A DNA stretch of 32,000 nucleotides from Candidatus Saccharimonadota bacterium (GTDB lineage Bacteria; Patescibacteriota; Saccharimonadia; Saccharimonadales; Saccharimonadaceae): the NCBI GenBank assembly GCA_039920285.1, contig JBDSDX010000001.1, forward strand, positions 300,001 to 332,000, written 5' to 3'. The stretch's first letter is position 1; each line of letters starts with the position of its first letter. This document shows, one piece after another, positions 24,767 to 32,000 of the stretch. The notes beneath the pieces are model-generated. The model worked only from the letters and a program-made list of their open reading frames with translations. It made no database searches and had not been told where the DNA came from. The translations under genes were made by a program, and so were the position numbers.

Positions 24767-25828
24767 CTAATTATCTTCATCTAAACTATATGTATTATCC
24801 AACGCGGTTCGACTTTTCCTTGTATCACGTCTTTTACTTTGACGAATCATTTCAACTTTTTTCGTTGCAAGGTCAGCTAACTCAGACTTCATTTTTACAT
24901 AATTTTCGTAGTGTTTTGCTTCGAGTGTGCCGTCAGCAAGCGCGATGTTGATAGCGCAACCCTGTTCGCTCGTGTGCTGGCAGTTAGCGTATTTACAGTG
25001 ACTTGCAATCTGTGTAATGTCATCATAATTTGTATCGAGTTCCTCTTCAGTCCCCCAAAGTTGCAACTCTCGGATACCTGGTGTATCGATCAAAATACCG
25101 CCGTTTGGCAATATAAATAGTTCTCGGTGAACGGTTGTGTGCTTGCCGGAGGAATCCGATTTTCTGACACTGTCGGTTGTTTGAACATCTCTTCCGAGGA
25201 GCTTATTGGTGAGTGTCGATTTACCGACACCAGATGAACCAAGTAAGATAGCTGTTTTTCCGGGTGTAATGTGTGCTGCGATAGCATCAACACCGATACC
25301 TTCGGTAGCTATGGTGGTAATGATCGGAATATCGAGAGATTTAATTTGTTCTATATATGATTGAACATCATCAGTTTTGTCGGCTTTGTTTAAAACGATG
25401 ATTGCTTCGATCGAACTAACTGACAACTGGTATAAGAATCGTTTGAGTCGTTCAACACTGAAATCATTGTCGAGTGCAAGAAGAACGAAAGCGATATCGA
25501 CATTAGCCGCGATAATTTGTTTCACTGTTCGTTTCCCGGTAACCTTGCGTGCGATCTCGTTTGAACGAAAGATGACCGATTCAATCGTTGCATTATTATT
25601 ATCTGAAATAGCGACCGAGACCCAGTCACCAACCTTTGGAGCTGCATCTCGCTGGGTATAATGAGCAAGTTTACCTGACAACTCAGCAGTAATAATATCT
25701 GGAGTGGCAATTTTTAGAGATGTACCAAAATCAGCAATAACGCGAGCAGGGCGGTTACTGGTAACGTTTGTATCGTCCCATTCTTGTTGCTTTGCTTTGC
25801 TCCATCCGAAGTCGACAAGGTTGTTCAT
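24767..25828 (-). CDS. rsgA: Ribosome small-subunit-dependent GTPase A (RsgA/YjeQ)
   Basis: N-terminal OB domain and a circularly permuted GTPase (LNKADK then GSSGVGKSTLTNKLL then DTPGIRE). C-terminal zinc knuckle HCKYANCQHTSEQGCAI. TGcGATAAT (25844-25836)-N7-ATG on the minus strand. Confidence 0.92.
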   Translation of the reverse strand: MNNLVDFGWSKAKQQEWDDTNVTSNRPARVIADFGTSLKIATPDIITAELSGKLAHYTQRDAAPKVGDWVSVAISDNNNATIESVIFRSNEIARKVTGKRTVKQIIAANVDIAFVLLALDNDFSVERLKRFLYQLSVSSIEAIIVLNKADKTDDVQSYIEQIKSLDIPIITTIATEGIGVDAIAAHITPGKTAILLGSSGVGKSTLTNKLLGRDVQTTDSVRKSDSSGKHTTVHRELFILPNGGILIDTPGIRELQLWGTEEELDTNYDDITQIASHCKYANCQHTSEQGCAINIALADGTLEAKHYENYVKMKSELADLATKKVEMIRQSKRRDTRKSRTALDNTYSLDEDN

Positions 25829-26059
25829 TGACTTTATTATCGCATATTTCGACGAACATGTTTATTACACTACGAGATAAGAAGAATAGTCCGTATATTT
25901 TTAAATAGGTGTTTATCTAGTTCGAGTTCTATCAAATAGCTTATGCTATTCAGACATATTTATAACTTTATAGCAAATATTGTTCGTGTCTTGTATACTA
26001 CCCCTGAGCTTTTCCACCTGGAATTTGCTCACCGTGCAGTCTGTTCGAGGGAGTAAATC

Positions 26060-27484
26060 TTGACAATCCAGACAGAAGAAAAGGTCGGCGCTGTCGATCG
26101 TTTTTTCGAGATAACCAAGCGGGGCTCAACGTTCCTGCGCGAGACTAACGGAGGTGTTGCAACCTTCTTGGCCATGAGCTACATCGTTGTGCTCAACCCC
26201 ATCATCCTCACCGGTGCGCCGGTCGAGGGATACACACCGTCGTTCCACTCAGTGGCGACGGTCACGGCGTTGGTTGCGGCAATCGCAACTCTCGCCATGG
26301 GTGTGATAGGAAAGGTGCCGTTTGCTCTGGCCGCAGGCCTGGGCATCAACGGGATCGTTGCTTTCCAACTTGCTCCCATCTTGGGCTACGAAGGTGCAAT
26401 GGCTGTCGTCGTTCTCGAAGGTATGATCACGTTCTTGCTGGTAATAACGGGTATTCGGGTGGCGCTATTCAACGCCATCCCGCTCGTTCTCAAGCAAGCG
26501 ATCGGGGCCGGCATCGGCGCTTTCCTGATCCTCATCGGTTTCGTGGATGGAGGTGTCGTCAAGGGAGCTCCTTTGGCGCCATCGCTCAACCTCGAGCCGC
26601 TGAACACTTGGCCCCGGCTCGTGTTCGTACTCGTCCTCATCGCGACCATCGTCATGGTGATCAAGAAGTGGAAGGGTGCGATCATCATCGCCATCGTCGG
26701 TGGTACGACCTTGGCGGTCATTATCGAGACGTTCGCTAAGCTCGGCAGTGCGGTTGACAACCCCGCTGGTTGGGTGCTGAACGTTCCAAGCCTTGCTGGC
26801 AAGGAAGTCGTCACCGGACCTGACTGGTCGGTGTTCGGGCACTTCAGTTTCGTCAACGCATTCAGTGCTGGCCCGATCCTGTTGGTATTCTTCGTGTTTA
26901 GCTTGATCCTCGCGGATCTGTTTGACACGTCGGGTACCATCGTGGCGGTGAGTAAGGGTGCTGATCTTCTCGACGAGAAGGGAAACCCTGCGCGCTTGGG
27001 TCGAATCCTCGGAGTCGACTCGCTGGCCGCTGCGCTTGGTGGATTCGCCGGCGTTTCGTCGAACACCACCTACATCGAATCGGCGACGGGTGTACGTGCC
27101 GGAGCCCGCACGGGCTTCGCAAACGTCATTACCGCAGTCCTGTTCCTGGTGGCGATATTGCTGACACCGCTAGTTCAGTTGGTGCCGTCGGAAGCGGCTG
27201 CACCCGTGCTGGTCGTCGTCGGTAGCCTGATGGTGTGGGAGTTCGTTGGCGTCGCCGTCAAGGAACACGCTGACGAACTGGCTCTCGCGAGTGTGCTCGG
27301 CATTCTTGTCATGCCGTTCACGTACAGCATTACCAATGGCATCGGCGTGGCGTTCATCGTCTATACCGTGTCGATGGTGGCCAACAAGAAGGCGCGCCTG
27401 CTACACCCGCTGATGTGGGTAATGGCTGTGGCGTTCATCGTCTACTTCGCGCTGCCGCTTATCCGTATGTGGTTGGGGATATAG
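26060..27484 (+). CDS. NCS2/AzgA-family purine (adenine/guanine/hypoxanthine) permease, compositionally foreign
   Basis: FFEITKRGSTFLRETNGGVATFLAMSYIVVLNP plus about 12 TM helices is typical of AzgA/PbuG-type permeases. TTG start with SD GAGGGAG (26046-26052). My hand counts of G+C are 39/60 (26221-26280) and 34/60 (26641-26700), against 25/60 in apt (27661-27720). Confidence 0.88.
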   Translation: MTIQTEEKVGAVDRFFEITKRGSTFLRETNGGVATFLAMSYIVVLNPIILTGAPVEGYTPSFHSVATVTALVAAIATLAMGVIGKVPFALAAGLGINGIVAFQLAPILGYEGAMAVVVLEGMITFLLVITGIRVALFNAIPLVLKQAIGAGIGAFLILIGFVDGGVVKGAPLAPSLNLEPLNTWPRLVFVLVLIATIVMVIKKWKGAIIIAIVGGTTLAVIIETFAKLGSAVDNPAGWVLNVPSLAGKEVVTGPDWSVFGHFSFVNAFSAGPILLVFFVFSLILADLFDTSGTIVAVSKGADLLDEKGNPARLGRILGVDSLAAALGGFAGVSSNTTYIESATGVRAGARTGFANVITAVLFLVAILLTPLVQLVPSEAAAPVLVVVGSLMVWEFVGVAVKEHADELALASVLGILVMPFTYSITNGIGVAFIVYTVSMVANKKARLLHPLMWVMAVAFIVYFALPLIRMWLGI

Positions 27485-27501
27485 ATCCTGACCCGTCGGA
27501 C

Positions 27502-27539
27502 GGGGAAGTAGTGGTCATTCAATTGACCACTACTTCCCC
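27502..27539 (+). terminator. Perfect 16-bp hairpin without a U-tract (I-shaped terminator type)
   Basis: ggggaagtagtggtca (27502-27517), loop ttcaat, tgaccactacttcccc (27524-27539), followed by acacaacaacc. Confidence 0.5.
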
Positions 27540-27552
27540 ACACAACAACCCA

Positions 27553-27579
27553 AGAGGCCTTACGGGCTTCTATTTTTTT
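27553..27579 (+). terminator. Canonical rho-independent terminator
   Basis: Stem agaggcc/ggcttct (one G-U pair), 5-nt loop, then aTTTTTTT. Confidence 0.6.
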
Positions 27580-27604
27580 GAAAAAAAATTAATAATGAAT
27601 ATAT

Positions 27605-28120
27605 ATGAATTATGCAGACCACATTCGAACCATTGAGGACTTTCCAGAACCAGGTATCCTTTTTTATGACATTGCTCCGCTTTTAGGAAATGGCGCTATC
27701 TTTGCGAATGCGATTCACGATATGGCGGAGCCACTTCGCGGCCGGGTGAATCAAGTCGTCGGGTTGGATGCTCGTGGTTTTGTTTTTGGCGCTGCTATGG
27801 CTCTCGAACTAGGGGTTGGCCTAACGATGGTTCGAAAAGCCGGAAAACTCCCCGGCGAGACTATACAGCTAGACTACGCTTTGGAATACGGGACAAATAC
27901 CATTGAACTTCAAACTGACACTCTGGGGTCTAAAGACAAAGTCGTACTGGTTGACGATGTTATCGCTACTGGAGGAACAGCAGTTGCGAGTGTTGAATTA
28001 GTTCGTCGAACTGGTGCAACGATTGTTGAATTTTGTAGTGCAATAGACCTGCCTAGTCTAGGAGGGTCTGAACTCATTAAAGCAACCGACGTTCCGGTTA
28101 GATCTTTAGTTTCGTTCTAA
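27605..28120 (+). CDS. apt: Adenine phosphoribosyltransferase
   Basis: IRTIEDFPEPGILFYDIAPLL at the N-terminus and the PRPP-binding motif VVLVDDVIATGGTA. 171 aa. Confidence 0.93.
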   Translation: MNYADHIRTIEDFPEPGILFYDIAPLLGNGAIFANAIHDMAEPLRGRVNQVVGLDARGFVFGAAMALELGVGLTMVRKAGKLPGETIQLDYALEYGTNTIELQTDTLGSKDKVVLVDDVIATGGTAVASVELVRRTGATIVEFCSAIDLPSLGGSELIKATDVPVRSLVSF

Positions 28121-28216
28121 CTTTAGACAGTCTTCTCCCTCGCCACTCTTACTTTTCTGTATACCCCCTTAAGTATGTCTGGTTGATGGGAGAAGAAGAG
28201 CTCAATTAACCACGAG

Positions 28217-28225
28217 TGCTATAAT
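28217..28225 (+). promoter_or_regulatory. Extended -10 promoter (leadered, SD-containing transcript)
   Basis: TGcTATAAT lies 30 nt upstream of ATG 28256. SD GGAGG at 28246-28250. Confidence 0.55.
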
Positions 28226-28255
28226 AGAATTACTAACGTTTAGTCGGAGGTTCAT

Positions 28256-28651
28256 ATGGAAGAAGATCGTCAAACCACAGAAGTTCGTAAAACAAACGAG
28301 CGCGAAGGCAACACCACTGTTCAGCGACAAAGTGTGAAACAAAAAACAGATATCTCGGGAGTTGTCATTGCCCAACGAGTTGTGTACTACGTCGGTGGGG
28401 TTATTGTTGCATTACTTTTTGTTCGATTATTACTTCAGTTGTTTGGAGCTAACCAGTTGAGCGACTTCGTTAACTTTATATATAGTTTGAGTGCGATATT
28501 TGTCACGCCATTCTTTGGTATATTCGGTGAGCCAACATTTGGCCAGTCTCACTTCGAAACATCGACGCTGGTTGCTATCGTCATCTATAGCTTACTCATT
28601 ATCGGTATCGCTAAACTTATCACTGTGACGCGACCACACGAAGAGATATAG
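28256..28651 (+). CDS. Hypothetical membrane protein (charged N-terminus, about 3 TM helices)
   Basis: Good SD with 5-nt spacing and hydrophobic helices. Confidence 0.6.
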   Translation: MEEDRQTTEVRKTNEREGNTTVQRQSVKQKTDISGVVIAQRVVYYVGGVIVALLFVRLLLQLFGANQLSDFVNFIYSLSAIFVTPFFGIFGEPTFGQSHFETSTLVAIVIYSLLIIGIAKLITVTRPHEEI

Positions 28652-28691
28652 ACAATTCTTGACACCTTATCGGGGTGGTATAATTAAAGAA

Positions 28692-29867
28692 ATGGTGCGG
28701 CGCGTTGTTATATTCTTTGCTCTTCTTGTGACCTCTGTTTCTATTGTTGGGCTAGGTAATTCTGTTCATGCTCAAGATGAACGTCTCATTACGGTATATG
28801 ATCGAGGAACGACTCGAGTATTTTTATCCGACGAGAAGACACTTGGCGCAGCATTGAAAGCTAATAATATTGATCTTGATATGCGCGATACAGTTGAACC
28901 GTCGGTTAATAAAGAACTCATCGCCTCTAACTATCATGTAAATATCTACAGGGCTCGTCCAGTCGTTGTTGTTGACGGTGCTGTTCGAATAAAAACAGTG
29001 TCACCCTACCAAACACCTCAACAAATAGCGAAAGACGTGGGTATTACGATTAATGACGAGGACCTTGCAACGCTGAGTCCGCTGACAGATTTCATCAATG
29101 ATGGTGCGGGACTGAAACTGACAATATCCCGTGCGACAGCGTTGACTCTCGATTTCTATGGAAAACGAACCAATATTCATACACAGGGAAAAACAGTTGG
29201 CGAGATGTTGAAAGAGAAGAGCGTGACACTAACGAGCAATGATCGGGTCTTTCCATCGAAGAACACACCAATATCTGCGGGTATGGTGGTTCGCGTGTGG
29301 CGAGAAGGGAAGCAGACTGTCTCGGTTGATCAGGAAATCCCGGTAGGGAATAAGATCGTCTACGACGCAGACCGACCATATGGATATCGAGTGACTAAAA
29401 CCAAGGGTATACCAGGTATTCAAAGCACCACCTATCAGCTCGAAATAAAAGAAGGTGTCGAGATATCTCGAGTCGCGATTGCTGATATCATCACTCGTAA
29501 GCCAACTGATCAGGTTGAGGTAATAGGCATTCGAAACGATGGTGGTGGCCTCTCACTCTCACGAGGAGCTCAATATTATACGGATAGTAAAGGCGTGTCA
29601 CACCGCGAGACGTATTACGATCTTAATATGAGCCTGGTTATGCAAAGTTGCGGACAAGGTGGGTATTACTCCGTGCGGCCAGATGGAGTAAAAGTTGACG
29701 CCCAAGGATATGTCATTGTTGCGGCGAATTATTCACGGTATCCGAAGTGCTCATTAGTAGAAACGAGTATTGGTCCCGCGAAAGTATATGACACAGGAGG
29801 ATTTGCTACCAGGTATCCCGATGGCTTTGATCTTGCGACTGATTGGTCAAGAGCCGACGGGATATAG
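28692..29867 (+). CDS. YabE/RpfB-like cell-wall protein: signal peptide, 2x DUF348, G5 domain, C-terminal 3D (double-psi beta-barrel, lytic-transglycosylase-like) domain
   Basis: Signal MVRRVVIFFALLVTSVSIVGLGNSVHAQ. The DUF348 pattern occurs twice (ITVYDRG...VNIYRARPV and LKLTISRAT...GMVVRVWR). A G5-like segment (SVDQEIPVGNKIVYDADRPYGYRVTKTKGIPG...VEVIG) is followed by a 3D-like C-terminus (VIVAANYSRYP.GS...VYDTGG). TTGACA (28659-28664) and TGgTATAAT (28676-28684) lie inside the ORF-track extension, so the start is set at ATG 28692. Confidence 0.75.
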   Translation: MVRRVVIFFALLVTSVSIVGLGNSVHAQDERLITVYDRGTTRVFLSDEKTLGAALKANNIDLDMRDTVEPSVNKELIASNYHVNIYRARPVVVVDGAVRIKTVSPYQTPQQIAKDVGITINDEDLATLSPLTDFINDGAGLKLTISRATALTLDFYGKRTNIHTQGKTVGEMLKEKSVTLTSNDRVFPSKNTPISAGMVVRVWREGKQTVSVDQEIPVGNKIVYDADRPYGYRVTKTKGIPGIQSTTYQLEIKEGVEISRVAIADIITRKPTDQVEVIGIRNDGGGLSLSRGAQYYTDSKGVSHRETYYDLNMSLVMQSCGQGGYYSVRPDGVKVDAQGYVIVAANYSRYPKCSLVETSIGPAKVYDTGGFATRYPDGFDLATDWSRADGI

Positions 29868-29868
29868 A

Positions 29869-31011
29869 CTAAGCGCGACGACGAATGGTCTTCTTTGGCT
29901 TTATAAAGCGCTGGAAGAGGTCTCCAACCCAGAAACCGAGGAATAGGGAGACGGCAGCCCAATAGATTGGTACGGAGGCTTCTACCCATGTTGAACTCGC
30001 AGCATTCACGATTGACTGGAAGGGTCCGCCGTTTGCACCAGTCAATGCAATCGCAGTGGTGTTTGTGTTTACTTGAACAACAGCTTGAAGCTGATAACTT
30101 TGACCTTTTGTATCAGCGAGATGAAGCGAGATACTCTTTGCGGTCGGAATGAGATAGGTATGCGACAAGATATGACGGCCCTTTTCGGGGATGCTAAATA
30201 ACTCAGCTTTACCCGTATCACCCCAGTCAACTGAGAGTGCATATGGCCCGATACCACCCCATAGCGAGACGGGTAATTCGATTTTCTCGCCAATGAAGAT
30301 ATTACGCGTCACACAGCTTATGGACATACCGAGCAAATTCGTACTAGGTGTCTCGACTGGAGGCTGGTTGTAACATGGTGATTGATCTGGCTGAGCGACG
30401 GGGGTGAAAGGGATTGAAGTATCAATCCTAATATCAGAAGGTCTGTTAATTGCCGCGGGGGGAAGGTTGGTTGCGGTCACCGCAACATCAGGCTCATACG
30501 CAACTTCTATCTGATCGGTGACTGGCCCTGCTTGGTTAAGTGAGTCATAGTTTTGTGCTTGGAGCATATTCACACCAAGTCGTAACTGTATGGTTGTCGA
30601 GAACGTATTTCCAATAGTACAGTTTGTTGCACTACTGAATTGTCCATTGTTGTACACAGATACGATAGTCCCATTCGGACACGTCCCGCTAACATCAACC
30701 AGAGAGTTCTTAAATGAACTTTTTTTGAGGGGTGTCGTAATAACAGCACCGACAGTTGGAGGTGCACCTGGAACGACTGCGGTGATGGTGAGATTTCCAC
30801 TCTTTGTAATGCCTGCCGCCTCAAGCGTCGCAAGACTTAAAAAGAGGATGACACCACCGACAAGAAGGAGTAAGAACAGTAGTCCATGTGAGGTGTGACG
30901 GTGGGGTAATCGGTGCCCCGTGTGTTTATGTGGCGCAACGTAGACTAAGCTCGCTTTAACGTGAGAAAGTGCAGTTGGCTTTTTATTTTTTGTGGTTTTT
31001 CTTTTTGCCAT
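29869..31011 (-). CDS. Bitopic surface protein with Ig/PKD-like region (TM near both termini)
   Basis: Basic, His-rich N-terminus, then TM helix LLFLLLLVGGVILFLSL. PKD-like motif SVDWGDTGKAELF...SHTY. C-terminal TM plus KPKKTIRRRA. The start overlaps the upstream gene by 29 nt. Confidence 0.55.
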   Translation of the reverse strand: MAKRKTTKNKKPTALSHVKASLVYVAPHKHTGHRLPHRHTSHGLLFLLLLVGGVILFLSLATLEAAGITKSGNLTITAVVPGAPPTVGAVITTPLKKSSFKNSLVDVSGTCPNGTIVSVYNNGQFSSATNCTIGNTFSTTIQLRLGVNMLQAQNYDSLNQAGPVTDQIEVAYEPDVAVTATNLPPAAINRPSDIRIDTSIPFTPVAQPDQSPCYNQPPVETPSTNLLGMSISCVTRNIFIGEKIELPVSLWGGIGPYALSVDWGDTGKAELFSIPEKGRHILSHTYLIPTAKSISLHLADTKGQSYQLQAVVQVNTNTTAIALTGANGGPFQSIVNAASSTWVEASVPIYWAAVSLFLGFWVGDLFQRFIKPKKTIRRRA

Positions 31012-31972
31012 TATGTGAGTTTTTAATTATGTATCTATTATAGCGCTTAATGAGTCCGCGGAGAATATATATAACCGTAATAAGAAGAATCAGACCGATA
31101 AGTAGGATCTTGTAAGGGATAACCCAGAAGCTGATGCTTTCGACGATTGCACCACCTCTCGTACCGTAACCGATACTGATCTGTGCGCTGTACTGACCAA
31201 ACATCCAAGATTTATCGAACGTTGCTTCGAATCGACGAATACTTGATGGAAGGACGTTACCCCCCGCATCATTTATAGGAAGATTTGCGACTTGATTACC
31301 GAAGAAGTCTTTAACCTCAATTTGACCGGTTGGCTTAACGTGGACAGTACCGACATTTTCGAAGCGAGTGACAAAAGTGATTGGACCAGTTTCGAATGAG
31401 GCACCGGCTTTGCCGTTTTTCGTTGCGTCAAATGAGATTAGGTTTACCTTTTCAATAACTGGACCGTCAACTTTCAAGAGTATGAGCGTCCCTGCACTAG
31501 CAGTAAGGTCAACATTTGACGAAGCAGCACTATCGTTGTGACCACTGAAGCGAATGACACCGTAGTGTCCACCGGGAGCGGCATTACTTGGAACGGTGAT
31601 AGTTGCAGTAAGCTTTTTCTTCTCATGCGCTTTGAGATTAAAGTCGGGAATGTTACTGACCCACGTCTTGATGGAGGTCGGAGTAACGGTATTATCGAGA
31701 ATGACATTCGGTGTTCCTGTTTCGTCCTTTGATCCAAAGTCGTTGACGAAGCTGTTGAACACCAGATTGTTATTAGTTACGTTTGTGACACTTAGGTTAA
31801 CGGTGTAGATGTTCCCTTTGACCGCGTTAAGTTCAACGAGGGCTGGGCTAATCTCGAGTCCACTCCCTGAATTCTCTTCGGCATAGGTGATGCTCGAGGG
31901 GACGATCGCAACTAAGCCAATAATAAAAGCGGCGATACCGAGGGTAAGAAGCCGCTTTATTATAATTCTCAT
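30983..31972 (-). CDS. Secreted cell-surface protein, DUF916/DUF3324-like (WxL-cluster-associated type) with C-terminal TM anchor
   Basis: Signal peptide, LEISPALVELNAVKGNIYTVNLSVTNVTNNNL, PGGHYGVIRF, beta-rich middle, TM helix ILLIGLILLITVIYIL, then a basic tail. The family assignment is by pattern only. Confidence 0.45.
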   Translation of the reverse strand: MRIIIKRLLTLGIAAFIIGLVAIVPSSITYAEENSGSGLEISPALVELNAVKGNIYTVNLSVTNVTNNNLVFNSFVNDFGSKDETGTPNVILDNTVTPTSIKTWVSNIPDFNLKAHEKKKLTATITVPSNAAPGGHYGVIRFSGHNDSAASSNVDLTASAGTLILLKVDGPVIEKVNLISFDATKNGKAGASFETGPITFVTRFENVGTVHVKPTGQIEVKDFFGNQVANLPINDAGGNVLPSSIRRFEATFDKSWMFGQYSAQISIGYGTRGGAIVESISFWVIPYKILLIGLILLITVIYILRGLIKRYNRYIIKNSHNGKKKNHKK

Positions 31973-32000
31973 CTACTTAGAAGTTTGCTGTCGCAACGTA

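Noticed and set aside
25829-26059. Purine riboswitch upstream of the purine permease
   Set aside because: I looked for the conserved guanine/adenine aptamer elements (the two loop-loop kissing hairpins and the junction pyrimidine context) and could not find them. Only a possible TATACT promoter (25994-25999) and short hairpins are present. An Rfam scan would be decisive.
26386-27069. 227-aa and other long ORFs antisense to or out of frame with the permease
   Set aside because: These are typical spurious open frames in high-GC DNA (Pro/Ala/Arg/Ser-rich, no start context). The plus-strand frame has the NCS2/AzgA signature.
30983-31011. Programmed ribosomal frameshift in the A-rich 29-nt overlap (GGCAAAAAGAAAAACCACAAAAAATAAAAAG)
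   Set aside because: Both proteins look complete on their own. The upstream one ends with a TM helix plus basic tail, and the downstream one begins with ATG plus a basic N-terminus and TM helix. Simple overlap or coupling is the more economical reading, and I cannot exclude slippage without data.
1-32000. Alternative genetic code (UGA recoding as in some CPR lineages), CRISPR arrays, rRNA genes and IS elements
   Set aside because: TGA terminates well-defined genes (8549-8551, 12101-12103 and the murT/gatD ATGA junction), and known proteins translate cleanly in code 11. I saw no spaced direct-repeat arrays, rRNA-like segments, transposase ORFs or terminal inverted repeats.

Overview
Compact, roughly 90% coding bacterial chromosome segment of about 45% G+C that uses the standard genetic code (TGA acts as a stop, e.g. 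8549-8551 and 12101-12103). Housekeeping genes I recognise: dnaJ, rimK, comEC (short form), gatD and murT, a ClpB-like AAA+ ATPase, rsgA, apt, and four tRNAs (Lys-UUU, His-GUG, Gly-UCC, Arg-UCU). Between them sit many small membrane proteins and large surface proteins. The gene content points to a reduced-genome, Gram-positive-like organism: a pilin-like protein, MurT/GatD, ComEC without a beta-lactamase domain, purine salvage in place of synthesis, and several ATP-grasp ligases. My guess is Patescibacteria/CPR, Saccharibacteria-like, but that is inference only. No CRISPR array, rRNA, transposase or integrase was found. Main observations: (1) At about 10 genes a -10 box, often the extended TGnTAnnnT form, lies exactly 6 nt upstream of the ATG, and about 6 more have 7-8 nt. 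This implies widespread leaderless mRNAs. (2) A type IV pilin N-terminus is fused to a 7-blade RCC1 propeller. (3) A cluster of peptide-ligase and peptidase genes includes an HExxH protein that looks DUF1704/MATCAP-like, a coupled GT4/ATP-grasp pair, and a retropepsin-like protease with RimK. (4) The ClpB-like ATPase is membrane-anchored, lacks an M-domain and has a degenerate first ATPase module. (5) A purine permease of about 57-65% G+C, with SD-led TTG start and a U-tract-less terminator, is wedged in front of apt, probably by horizontal transfer. (6) The 3' end of tRNA-Gly is duplicated 1.6 kb downstream, bracketing a small cargo region, and that copy is split by a 60-nt insert.
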